From: Malacoraja senta
Lineage: Eukaryota
Assembly: GCA_038087875.1 (NCBI GenBank)
Contig: CM075987.1
Coordinates: 24,678,001-24,742,000 of the forward strand
Direction of reading: 5' to 3'
DNA length: 64,000 bases
Part shown: piece by piece, positions 27,071 to 40,096 of the stretch
Position numbering within the stretch: position 1 is the stretch's first letter
How the letters are laid out: each line of letters begins with the position of its first letter
Program-made: the position numbers and the translations under genes
The notes under the pieces: model-generated
Databases searched by the model: none
What the model was told of the DNA's origin: nothing
The model's input: the letters and a program-made list of their open reading frames with translations, nothing else

Positions 27071-30000
27071 AGCCAGGTCAAGGGATATGGGGAGAAGGCA
27101 GGAACGGGGTACTGATTGTGGATGATCAGCCATGATCATAGTGAATGGCGGTGCTGCCTCGAAGGGCCGAATTGGCCTACTCCTGCACCTATTGTCTATT
27201 GTCTAAGACATTTTATACACTGTGCTGTAGAAATATCCATTTCACACTATTAACCCAGTTAAAATGCAAATGTGTTTATCTGGGCAGGAAGAATATGACC
27301 GTTCGAGGCCAAACAATTTGATTGTGTTCCATTGGAACTTTCTATTTTGGAGGTTGCAGCAAAAGAAATGTCATCTTGTTCCGTTCCAGTCTAATAATTA
27401 TCTAATTGCATATATGGCAACAATTAAATAAAAAAAACACTTTCTCTGATTCCTAACTGAATGAGTGAGCCTGGATATGGAAATTAAAGAATGAAACACC
27501 AATTATCCAGAATCATATCTGTTCGTCCGGATTGCTTTAAGCACTTCACTAAAGGTAGCAGCAGGCAACGTAAATGGAGAGAGAAACCCTGAATGGAATG
27601 AAGTAACAAAGATTCTTATCCTTTGCAGAGATTCCAAATCCGATTGTATTTAATGGGATGCTGCAAAAAATTTACTGCGTTTGAGTTCCACAAGCATTAT
27701 TGTAATCTTGCTGACTACAAATACAACTTTCGTCCTCCCCACTCACTTGGGTCAGCGAGGCCTCCAAATGACCTGATTGAGAGCCAAATAACATATATTT
27801 CTCACAATAAAAACAACCAATTTTAGGACTGAGATCATGTGACAATCTTTCCTCTCAGATGCTCTTTTGCCAACCAAGATATGGAAGGCAAAAAGGGCGA
27901 TGGCTATACTCATTCACCAAGAGGTTATTGGGTAGAGGTTGTTGGGCACATGCCAAGTGTCACCGATGGGTATAAACCATGAGGTTTTGAGATGTCGGGA
28001 GTGGGGGGGATAAGGATGAGGTGTGGATAGATGCGATTTGTTTATTTTTGGCAGTGTGATCAGCGTGGACTATGTGGGCCGAAGGTCCTGTTGTTATGCT
28101 GAACTGTTCTGTGTTCTATGGATCTTCCCGTACTGAGTCACAGAGCAAGTCAGACACATCAGTTTAATCAGGTCGGCACGGTGGCGCAGCGGTAGAGTTG
28201 CTGCCTTGCAGCGTCGGAGACACGGGTTCGATCCTGACTGCGGGTGCTTGCCTGTACGGAGTTTGTACCTTATCCCCGTCACCTGCGTGGGTTTCTTCCC
28301 GGGCGATAATAAAGACAATACAGAAACGTTGAACCATTCTTTCTCAAGTTAGGAGATCAAAACTGCAGATAATACTCCAGGAAGCATCTGACCAGAGTGC
28401 TAGAATAACGACAGTGTAAATGGACTCTGCCGGGAAGTAAGATTTAAGATGCAGTGACCAGGGAGAGGGTGCTTCAGGCACCGATATCAAATGATCTGAA
28501 ACACACTGACCAGAATATGTGGATATGTGATGAACTCAGAGCTGGAAGAGAAAGAGCAGAGGGAATAAATTTCAATTAGAGAACAGTAAATTTGAAACAG
28601 ATATTAGGAAAAATGAGTTTATTTAAAGGGAAGAATGTCTGTACTCTTTGCCAGGCAAGGGTAGCTCAGACATGTCATTAAGTGAATCCAAGATGCATGA
28701 TGGTTGCTTTACTGGGAAGGCTGAGCAGCCAGTGGGAGAGGTTTTATGAGCCAACATTTTTTTTTTTTTCCTTGACATTGATTTTCCTATGCTCTCATTG
28801 TAATAGAATCTATTAGCAATGCTAGCTCCTCAGAGGAACGCAGATGTGTTAAGGAATGTCATCAGCATGGCATAAACACTGCCATGCTGAATTCCCCAAT
28901 GGGCCAGCACTCCCGATTGCACCATCACTGGTGGCACAGCGGTGGAGGCAGGAGGCAAGAGCGTTTTTATTGTCATGTATCCCAGATAGAACAATGACAT
29001 TCTTACTTGCGGCAGCACAACAGAATATGTAAACATAGTACACTGGAAACAATATAATAAACGAGAGAGAAAAAAAAGTTCAGTGTGTGTATAAAAGGAC
29101 AAGCTAGATGCAGGAAAAATGTTCCCAATGTTGGGCGAGTCCAGAACCAGGGGCCACACAGTCTTAGAATAAAGGGGAGGTCATTTAAGACTGAGGTGAG
29201 AAAAAACGTTTTCACCCAGAGAGTTGTGGATTTATGGAATTGCCTGCCAAGAGAGAGTTAGATAGAGCTCTAGGGGCTGGTGGAGTCAAGGGATATGGGG
29301 AGAAGGCAGGCATGGGTTATTGATAGGGGACGATTAGCCATGATCACAATGAATGGCGGTGCTGGCTCGAAGGGTCGAATGGGCTCCTCCTGCACCTATT
29401 TTCTATGTTTCTATGTGTCTATGTATATATACACACACTCACAAATACAAACATATACAGATCACTGGACCAAGTGGGACCCGTTGGGCTCCGTCCCCCA
29501 ACGCGGGGGGAGTGGGGTGTGCGGGGGCAGGGGGGGTTTGAGGGGGGGGGGGCGATGAGATATATATACGTACACACAATAAACAAACAATAATAGTGCA
29601 ATAATAACAGTGAATGTCTATGTAGTTCAGAGCATATTTGAGGTTGTCGTGTTTAATAGCCGAATAGCTGCAGGGAAGAAGCTGCTGCCTTCTTCTTGAT
29701 CCTTTTGTTGCCAACACGAGTTGGTCCCTTACAGCTCCGGAGACCCGGGTTCGATGCCGACTACGGGTGCTGTCTGTATGGAGTTTGTACGTTCTCCCCG
29801 GGACCTGCGTGGTTTCTCTCCGGCTGCTCCGATTTCCACCCACGCTCCAAAGACAATCATGTTTGTAAATTAATTGGCTTTGGTGTAATTGTAAATTGTC
29901 CCTGGTGTGTGTAGGATAGTGGTAGCGCGCGGGGATCGCTGGTCAGTGGGCCGAAGGGCTTGTTTACGCGCTGTACCTCTAAACTAAAATTAACCAAGTC

Positions 30001-31022
30001 CGAAGAAGGGGCTCCACCCAATAAGACACCTATTCCTTTTCTCCAGAGACGCTGTGCGGCCCGCCGAGCTACTCCAGCTTTATGCGGCCCTCTCTCCATT
30101 GAAACCAGCATCTGCTAGCTCCTTCCTACACATTAAACTAAAGTAAACTCTGCTTCAAGCATCACGCTTCATCTGGAATCGTGCTAATAAAGAACGAAAC
30201 AATACAGCAACTGTTCTTCATCAACAGTTGGTGGCAACTTTGGTGTCACTCACTGTATGGGCTGTGGCCTTCTCTCTCCAGCCATAAATCGCCTACTAAT
30301 ATCAGATCCATGACAACAGGCAAAGAGTCTCCTGGCATTAGCCCAAGGTCACTGTCTGCAAAGCGAGTGCAGAACCCGTGAAATAAAACATCGATTTCAT
30401 ACCCTCGTAGCTTTGAGTGAAATATTATATTAGATATATTTTCCTCTGCTAGTAATTTTGTTTTTTCTCTCCCTCTCTCTCTCCCTGAAGTTTTTAATAT
30501 GGGATGACAGATTATTAAAGAAAGATGTCTTTCTGACAGAGGTCTGAATAGAAAAAAAAAACACAGCGTAACGACCTCTGCTTACAAGAAGCACTGTGAC
30601 GAGTGGTCTGGAATGCATTTAAACAAGGAATGCATTTAATGTACCTACGAAGATGGGTATCGAACGACATTAAACGGTGCTGAGACACCAGCGGTTTATT
30701 GCACAATTATCAATGGTGTCACTTTTAATTAAAATATATTTTTCTGTTTTAATGTGTCACCCAGTTAGTCTCACTAAAGGGACCACTATCTCTGTAATCA
30801 GATGCCCACAGAAGTGGAAGTCTGTGTGAGAGGGAAATGCCTGAGTTGATGCATTGAATCATGAGAGGAATAGATCGGGTAGGTGCACAGAATCTCTTGC
30901 CCAGAGCTAGGGAATCGAGGACCAGAGGACATAGGTTCAAGGTGAAGGGGGAAAGATTTAATAGGAATCTGAGAGGTCACTTTTTCAGAGGCTGGTGGGT
31001 GCCAGAGGAGATAGTTGAGGCA

Positions 31023-31400
31023 GGGCGCCGACAGATGGCGCAATGGGCTAAGTGTTCGGCTGGCAACCGGAAGGTAGCCGGTTCGAATCCCGCTTGGAGT
31101 GCATACTGTCGTTGTGTCCTTGGGCAAGACACTTCACCCACCTTTGCCTGCGTGTGAATGTGTGTGAATGTGTGTGAATGTGTGTGAATGTGTGTGAGTG
31201 ATTGGTGGTGGTCGGAGGGGCCGTAGGCGCAGATTAGCAGCCACGCTTCCGTCAGTCTGCCCCAGGGCAGCTGTGGCTACAGAAGTAGCTCACCACCACC
31301 GAGAGTGACTGAGGTGTGAATGAATAATGCGATGTAAAGTGCCTTGAGTATTAGAAAGGCGCTATATAAATCCCATCCATTATTATTATTATTATTATTA
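31023..31400 (+). mobile_element. tRNA-derived CORE-type SINE with an L2-type tail (AFC-like), nested in a HER1 tail
   Basis: A box TGGCGCAATGG (~31036); B box GGTTCGAATCCC (~31080); CORE-like GTGTCCTTGGGCAAGACACTTCACCC; tail TGTAAAGTGCCTTGAG...AAAGGCGCTATATAAAT(TTA)n. Confidence 0.88.
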
Positions 31401-32414
31401 TCCCAACGTTTAAGAAACAGTTAGACAGGTACATGGATAGGACAGGTTTGGAGGGATATGGACCAGGCGCAGGCAGGTAGCACTAGTGTAGCTGGGACAT
31501 GTTGGCCGGTGTGGGCAAGGGCCTGTACCACTCTATGATGTGGCTCATGTAAGATCATGGAACCGTTCACAATCCGCCCCTTGAGATAAGGGTGGCACAG
31601 TGGTGCAGCGGTAGAGTTGCTGCCTTGCAGCACCGGAGCCCCAGGTTCAATCCTGGCTATGGGAGCTGACCACGACATTTCACCCCTGGCTCAAGCGACA
31701 AGATAGAAAAAGTCAGGATGATGGAAGAGAAACATGCCTGCATCAACACTGGATATGAATGTGAAGTTGAGTAGAGCTTCCCTGATACGATAAGGCCATC
31801 CGGACCTTGGTCTTACGATAATGTCACATCTGCAGTGCACAAACTGCTTGCAAAAATGTAATAGGTTTTTATTCACAGCTGAAAATATATCAAGAGGGCT
31901 GGAATACAAAAACAGAGATGTCATGCTGAGACTCTATGAGGCCGCATTTGGAGTACTGTGAGCAAATTTGGGCCCCATATATCTGATGAAGGATGTGCTG
32001 GCTCTGAAGAGGGTCCAGAGGAGGTTGACAAGAATTATTCCAGGAATGAGTGGGTTAGCATCTGATGAGCGTTTGACAGCACTGGGCCTGTACTCACTGG
32101 AGTTTAGAAGGTTGAAGGGGGGGTAGCTCAGCAGGCCACACAGCTTGGTAAATGTAAAAATTATCCCTAGTGGGTGCAAGATAGTGTTAATGTGCGGGGA
32201 TCGCTGGTCGGCGCGGACCCAGTAGGCCGAAAGGCCTGTTCCCGCGCTGTATCTCTAAACTAATCTTCAGAGAACAGCAAATGGGGTGGCACGGTGGCAC
32301 AGCAATTAGCTAAGCACTCAATGGAATAATAAAAATATATACCCCTCTGTCGTAAAGCCAAATTCCAAGAGCAATAGGCATTACTACTCAATGAAGACTA
32401 CCTCAGCGAAATAA

Positions 32415-32700
32415 CTGGTGGCACAGCGGTAGAGTTGCTGTCTTACAGCGCCAGAGATATGGGTTTGATTCTGATTAAGGGTGCTGTCTGTACGGAGTTT
32501 GTACGTTCTCCCCGTGACTGCGAGATCTTTGGTTTCCTCCCACACTCCAAAGACGTACAGATTTGTAGGTTAATTAGCTCGGTATAAGTATAAATTGTCC
32601 CTGGTGTGTGTAGGATAGTGTTAATGTGCGGGGATCGCTGGTCGGTGCGGACTCAGTGGGCCGAAGGGCCTGTTTCCACGCTGTATCTCTAAAACTAAAG
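32415..32700 (+). mobile_element. HE1-type SINE
   Basis: Consensus match with a small internal deletion. Confidence 0.88.
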
Positions 32701-34032
32701 AGCCAACCACAGTGTACAGACACATGATCAAGGGAAGAACGTGAATTACGTTTAGTACAAGATAAAGTCCAGTAAATTCCGACCAAAGATAGTCCGAGGG
32801 TCTCCAATGGGGTAGATAGTAGTCCAGGATGGCTCTCTAGTTGTGGGTAGGGTGGTTCAGTTGCTTGATAACAACTGGGAAGAAACTGGCCCTGAATCTG
32901 CTTGAACTGCCAGCATTCAGAAACACCATTCAGACGATACTTGTGTTGGAAGGAACTGCAGATGCTGGTTTAAACCGAAGATAGACACAAAAAGCTGGAG
33001 TAACTCAGTGGGTCAGGCAGCATCTCTGGAGGAAAGGAATAGGAGACATTTCAGGTGGCGAACCTCCTTCAGATGATGTATTTACCTTTTTTTTCAAATA
33101 TGGCAGGACAAAAATCATATTTCCCTTATACTGGATTGAAGAAAGCCATTTGCCTCCTGTGCTCTTCTGGAAGATTTTATTGGTTTAGGGAGTTCATGAC
33201 AGCAACTTCACAAACCCACTCACCATTTCAATATACGTTTCAACTAATTTATGACAACTTTTTTCATTTGTGACATTTTTTTTTTCTCCGGGGAGTTGCA
33301 GATCGTAATAAAGAAAAGCTTTGCTGAATCAAAGCTGTACTTGGGAAATGGAACGTCTCAATGGAGACTGGTTAGACTTGCTCACCACTTGTAGTGCAAC
33401 TCCTGTTTTAATCTTAAAGCAAAGTTCATGTTCCTTGGGGTGCAGGAGGATGAGGGGTGATCTTATAGAGGTGTGCAAAATCGTGAGAAAAAATAGATCG
33501 GGTAGGCGCACAGTCTCTTGCCCAGAGTAGGGGAATCGAGGACCAGAGGGCATAGGTATAAGGCGAAGGGGAAACGATTTAATTGGAATCTGAGGGTAAC
33601 TTTTTCACACAAAGGGTGGTGAGTGTATGGAACAAGCTGCCAGATGAGGCTGAGACTATCCCAACATTTAAGAAATCGTTAGACAGGTACATGGATAGGA
33701 CGGGTTTGGAGAGATATGGACCAAACGCAGGCAGGTGGGACGAGTGTAGCTGGGACATGTTGGCCGGTATGGGCAAGTTGGGCTTGTTTCCACACTGTAT
33801 CACTCTGTGACTCTATGAGTCTTTATAGATTTTTGGAAACATTTTCATGCAGAAGGAGCCATGGTACTTATTTTCCTTCATTCAAATGCGAGTGGAGGTA
33901 AACACCAAGAGATTGTAATTGTCTTGCATCAGTTTGTTCTGTCACACGTTTGAGACAACATTAGTGATTCAAATGTGATTAGGTAATTCAGAAGTGTACA
34001 GTAATCCAGTACAAAGCTGAGTTCTATACATT

Positions 34033-34245
34033 GCGTAGGAAGGAACTGCAGATGCTGGTTTAAACCGAAGATAGACACAACAAGCTGGAGTGACTCAGCG
34101 GGACGGGCAGCATCTCTGGAGAGAATGAATGGGTGACGTTTCGGGTCGAGAATCTGAAGAAGGATCTAGACCCGAAATGTCACTCATTCCTTCTCTCCAG
34201 AGATTCTGCCTGTCCCCGAGTTACTCCAGCATTTTGTGTCTCTCT
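34033..34245. mobile_element. Penelope-derived foldback mini-element (subfamily A) with 15-bp TSD
   Basis: Inverted arms around CTGAAGAAGGATCTAGACCCGAAATGTC; TSD TGAGTTCTATACATT at 34018-34032 and 34246-34260. Confidence 0.85.
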
Positions 34246-34571
34246 TGAGTTCTATACATTCTTCCCCTTAATTAAACCCTTTAAAACATTTAACCTTGCT
34301 TCTATTATTTCCCATATTCTTTTGCACTATTCCATTTCCATAATTACATAACTGACAACTACGTTGCATAATTGTCGCATCACCTACTGGAAGAGAATTT
34401 AATTTGGAATTTAACTCTCTCTCTGCTGATTTGTGATTCCATGCCAACCCACACTCAACAATACCGGGAAAGAAGCAGTAAAATGACATGTATGCGAGAT
34501 GAAAAACAAACTTCAATCTAGTATTACTCTAATCTCCTTGCCTTTCCTGATTAACTTGGTTCCTTCTCTGA

Positions 34572-35040
34572 GTGTCACGGTGGCACAGCAGTAGAGTTGC
34601 TGCCTTACAGCGCCAGAGTGCCAGGTTCGATCCCGACTACGGGCGCTGTCTGTGCGCCGTTTGTACGTTCTGTCTCCCCGTGACCCCGCGTGGGTTTTCT
34701 CCGAGTGCTTCGGTTTCCTCCCACACTCCAAAGACGTGCAGGTTTGTAGGTTAATTGGATCCGGTAAAATTGTAAAATTGTCCATAGACTTTAGAGATAC
34801 AGCACAGAAATAGTCCCTTCGGCCCACCAAAGCCCGCGTCAACCAGTGGTCCCCGTGCACTGACACTATCCTACACTATTTACAATTTTTACCAATTGAC
34901 CTACAAACCTGTACGTCTTTGGAGTGTGGGAGGCAACCGGAGCTCCCGGGGAAAACCCACGCAGGTCACGGGGAGAGGGTACAAACTCCGTACGGACAGC
35001 ACCCTGACAAGGCAGCGACTCTGCCGCTGCGCCACCGTGC
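34572..35040. mobile_element. Two HE1 SINEs tail-to-tail (+ ~34572-34783, - ~34788-35040)
   Basis: Adjacent inverted consensus matches. Confidence 0.88.
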
Positions 35041-38000
35041 CTGCTATTGAACAGCAAGTTTAAGAAAAAGATATGTTATTGTTTTAAAAGATAATTCATA
35101 ATCATTTGCCCTTTAAAGCCAAGTGGCCTCTCTACTATTCCATTTTAAATGCAAAGAACAGATCTTGGTTCATAATTCTCACCAGAGACTACTCATAACT
35201 AATCAATTCTGCAGCTGAGGTACAGAGTGTTCAGCCTACACTCATTTACTTCCATTGCACCACATTTCTGAGTGTCAGGAAGGAAAAAAACCTTGTAAGA
35301 AAAAGACCAATCTTTTCTTTAATTACTTAAACTTAAGATGTGGCAGAAAGCAAAATGCTGACCCAAAGAAAAGAGAATCATCAGATCGCCAACAACAGCC
35401 AAGTTTTGCAAAATAAAACCACCAGAAAAAAGTTGAAAATTCCCCTGTTTGATATCAAATTATGTATCAGAGAATGACAAATTCTTTCAAAAGCCAAATC
35501 TATTGAAACCCAATCAATTCTGCGAGGATGTGATACTCGTCCGCTGTTGCACTGGCAACTATAGAGATGTAGAGGGTGATTTAGAGAATGTTTGTTCTGT
35601 ATCTGATTATGCTGGAATTACTGATTATAAATCTGCACAATATCCTTAAATTAGATTAGGTTAATGCATTCCAAGGTTTCACAAAATATTAGCCCCAGTA
35701 GTGTTTAACCTCTTGTGGTGACCTCACAGACAACTGTGGCTCACTTGGAATTATGGTTGTAAAATATATTCTGTCGTTCGTGATTTCCCAGTGAGAAGTC
35801 ACATGCTCAGGATGTGTGGGATTAGGAACTCTTGTGTTTTAATCCCATTCTGGAAGCAAATTTCCTTTGGTTGGGGCTTGCTGCTGAGGCCATACGATCT
35901 TGGAATTAATCTTCAAATGAGAATGTTTTTCTTTTCACAGATCCACCTTAGTATGCTAAGCTGCAAACTCTTACAGACTCACAGCATGGACACAGGCCCT
36001 TCGGCTCAACTGGGACATGCCGCCCAAGGTACCCCATCTAAGATCGCCTTGAAAAAATTGTCCCTGTAAACATTTCCTATCCGAGTACTAATCTGTGGCT
36101 CTCAGTCTGAAGAAGGGTCTCGACCCGAAACATCAGCGATTCCTTCTCTCCAGAGATGCTGCCTGAACCCCCTGAGTTACTCCAGCATTTTGTGTCTATC
36201 TTGGGTGTACACCTGCATTTGCAGTTCCTTCCTACACAAATGTATATTCAGTGCTGTTATAGTACCTACCTCAACTACCTCCTCTGTGAGTTGTGTAGGA
36301 AGGAACTGCAGATGCTGGTTTCAAACCGAAGATAGACACCGCTGTGTTACTCCAGCTTTTTGTGTCCTTCTTCGGTGTAAACCGGCACCTGCAGTTCCTT
36401 TCCACACATGAAGTCTTGCACTGTGGATCCACTTGCCCTGGGATCAGATTGCAATCGCCGTTTTGCAATCTATCTCAGGATCAGGGATACCAACGATATC
36501 CATATCCCCAAGTTGCATTTACCACAGCATAGGGACTCACCAGCAGAGGTCATTACATACCCACAAGGAACATCAACCATGTATGCAGACACAAAGAATT
36601 ACAGGTGCTGGTTTATACCAAAGGCAGACATTCCAAAGGCATCGAAACATAGAAACATAGAAACATAGAAACATGGAAACATAGAAAAATAGGTGCAGGA
36701 GTAGGCCATTCGCCCTTCGAGCCTGCAATATGATCATGGCTGATCATCTAAAATCAGTACCCCGTTCCTGCTTTTTCCCCATATCACATGATTCATTTAG
36801 CCGTAAGAGCTAAATCTAATTCTCTCTGGAAAACATCCAGTGAATTGGCCTCCACTGCCTTCTGTGGCAGAGATTTCCACGTATAGGTTAATTGGCTTGG
36901 TACATTTGGCCCTAGTGTGTGCAGGATAGTGTTAACGTGCGGGGATCGCTGGTCTGTGCGGGCTCGGTGGGCCGAAGGGCCTGTTTGCGTGCTGTATCTC
37001 TAACCTAAACCAAACTAAACTGTACAGACCACAAAGTGCTGGAGGAACTCAACGGGTCAGGCATCAACTCTGGGGAAAAAGGGTGGATCACCTTTCCATG
37101 TTCTCCAGAGATGCTGCCTGACCTGCTGTCTTACTCCAGCACTTTGTGTCTACTTTGGTACGAACATTGGCTTACGAACCATACAGAGCCAGCTCACGGT
37201 ACTCATTCAATTGTCATGCTGACATTAGTTTATTTAACTTTGCAAGGGAATGAAATAATGTATATTTTAATAACTGAAAGATATTTTTCCGAGTAAGATG
37301 AATAACGAAGAATAAGCGGAAACTCAAATTCTAGCAAAATCAAACCTTCTCACTTGGATCAGGACAAAAAAAATGACAAACTATAATGGGAGGAGGACTG
37401 CTTATTGGATATATTATCATATATGACATTGAAATAATTAAGGAAAGGCTTACTTATTCTCTCTTAGAGCAGAGTACCCTCTTAAATATTCTTTTCTTCG
37501 ATTCAAATGTTTTTATTAAGCTAAACTTTTGGCTCCAGGCAACGTTTGTAACTCAATAATTTTAGTTGTTGAGTCGGTTTGGAAGCTGCCCAGATCTTCT
37601 TGACCAGCGCACGTTGCTCCTTAGGTCTCGGTGACCAGCACACTGGACAGTACTCCCATGGGGTTTATGTTTCATTAAAACCCTTGCTTCTCAGTAGGTC
37701 TTGCTTTGGAAACGGTTCAACAGCAGGACATAATCCAGACCTTCTTAAAAGCCGAACACCGGGGCACCGGACAAAGGGAGAGGTGGAATTAGTTTCTGAC
37801 CCGCACTCTATGCGAGTCCGGTCAGTGTCTGAAGCTTGGTTAGCTTTGGACCCCTTCGCAGGACGATGGAGCTATTGATAGAAGGCTTGGGTCAGGAAGC
37901 CTCATCACTCCATCGCATTTCTTATTACAGTTTACTGTAAGTAAGGGCTGCACGATGAAGCTCACTTTCCAGTGAAACTTCTCCCAGCTCCCTGGTGGCT

Positions 38001-38809
38001 ATTTTTTTCGCCTGCGTTTTTGGACTCACATATGGTTTCCAGTCCAACCATTATTCAACAGAAAGCGAGCGTCAAAATAAAGGAAATTAGTTGTCAGGTT
38101 CAGTGCAGAAGTCCATAAATCATTTTTAAGTTACTGAATTGTGAAATTTTCTGTATTTATGGAGGCTGGTGGAGACATGAATGCAGTTTCCTGCAAATGC
38201 TTTTTTTTTTCCGAAAAGGAACCAGGGCCGAGCGAGAAAGGTTCACTTACCACCTTGTGCGTAAATCTGCCAAAACGCTTCGAGCTTAGCGAGGTGACAA
38301 ATTGCTGTCTGAGGACAGACTCTCTCACAGACAAAGGATTAGTTGAGTTGAAGGTTCACAGCACGCCAATTTTAATAAACGTGGACCAGAAGCCAATGAA
38401 AGGAAATCACTCATCTCATTAAGAAGTTGCTGAGGTGTCATTTCGGTGTTTTATGGACATATCAACAGGCATTCAGACAAGGAGCAACACTTTGGGTTGT
38501 GGAAGACCATGCCTAATGAGATGGTGCTGCAAGGAAAGTCCGCTTCAAGTCCGAGGTAGCATTTATGCATGTGCAACGCATAAATGTAAACAGCACACTT
38601 GGGGACACTAAGTCTTAACACACCAAGGCCCGGGAAAGGCTCCTGAGGATAGTTCATTTTACAAGACTGGGTGCATTTATCGCTTAATGCATCTTGTTCC
38701 TAGCCCCCAGAACAGTCATCGGCTTCATGCTCGTGATGGTGTTCAATCGAGGTAACATTTCTACGCTAATTTCTCAATTGCGGATGTGGAACATAGAGGC
38801 CCAGTGTGG

Positions 38810-39135
38810 GGGGATCTCTTGCCCAGAGGAGGGGAATCGAGGACCAGAGGACATAGGTTCAAGGTTCAAGGGGAAAAGATTTAAGAGGAATCTGAGGGGT
38901 AACTTTTTCACGCAAAGGGTGGTGGTTGTATGGAACGAGCTGCCAGAGGAGGTAGCCGAGGCTGGGACTATCCCATCGTTTAAGAAACAGTTAGACAGGT
39001 ACATGGATAGGGCAAGTCTGGAGGGATATGGACCAAGCGCAGGCAGGTGGGACTAGTGTAGTTGGCACATGTTGGCCAGCATGCACAAGTTGGGCCGAAG
39101 GGCCTGTTTCCACACTGTATCAGTCTATGACTGAT
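38810..39135 (+). mobile_element. HER1-type LINE 3' end whose tail is shared with HE1 SINEs
   Basis: FFTQRVVVVWNELPEEV; ends GTTGGGCCGAAGGGCCTGTTTCCACACTGTAT. Similar pieces at ~30860-31540, 33435-33815, 42790-43025(-) and 46160-46435(-). Confidence 0.85.
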
Positions 39136-39499
39136 TCTATAGAGGCGTTTTTCAATCAGCCTAAATGAAGGAAGTGTAGAATTTGCTAGGGTCAAGTACA
39201 ACAAACCAATGACTCACATAAAACCCATGGATCAACATTGGATGGTTCTTCTATGTATTCAGGCCAAATGTAATGGACACCATGAACAAAGGCAGAATCG
39301 GGAGTTAAACTGGCCCTACATAATATTTGACCAATACATTTGAGATATTGCCTCTTCTTGTATCATGATTACATTAGCTCCAGTTTCTGAAATACTTTGG
39401 GTGCGTAGAAATAACAGCTTATACAACAAGCAAAATTAAAGAAGGTTCGCGACCCAAAATGTCACCTATCCATGTTCTCCAAAGATGCTTGCCTAATTG

Positions 39500-39790
39500 T
39501 TTAGTTTAGTTTAGAGATACAGCGTGGAATCAGGCCCTTCAGCCCACACCGACCAGCGATCCCCGCACACTAACACTGTCCTGCAGTTGACACAGTTTAT
39601 CACGGACAGTTAACCTACAAACCTGTGCATTTTTTTGGAGTGTGGGAGGAAACCAGAGCACCGGGGAAAGACCCACACGGTCACGGGGAGAAAGTACAAA
39701 CTCCGTACAGACAGCACCCGCAGTCAGTATGGAACCTGGGCCACTGGCGCTGTAAGGCAGCAACTCTACTGCTGCGGCACTGTGTTGCCC
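39500..39790 (-). mobile_element. HE1-type SINE
   Basis: Consensus match on the minus strand. Confidence 0.88.
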
Positions 39791-40096
39791 CAGTGAGCCA
39801 ATAGGTTACTCCAGCACTTTGTGCCCTCATGTGTAAGCTGGCATCTGCCGTTTCTTGACTCCGTTAAGGAAAATTATTTCAAAGATCCATCACATTTATA
39901 CACGCACGGAGAGCAATGTAATTCAGAATCCACTGGTTGGTGAGATAATATAGGCACTTTGAGGATTGGGGACCATATTTCAACAAGACCCGTCTCACCG
40001 ATCTAGATACTTGGCTTTGAACGACAGAATGAGAAACAAATCAACCTTTTCCACAGATTTGAGATGAAATTAGAAGGATAAAAGTGGACAAAATGA

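Noticed and set aside
31691..31924. HCRCD peptide as the next ASTN2 exon (WCRCD)
   Set aside because: The flanking residues do not match; chance similarity.
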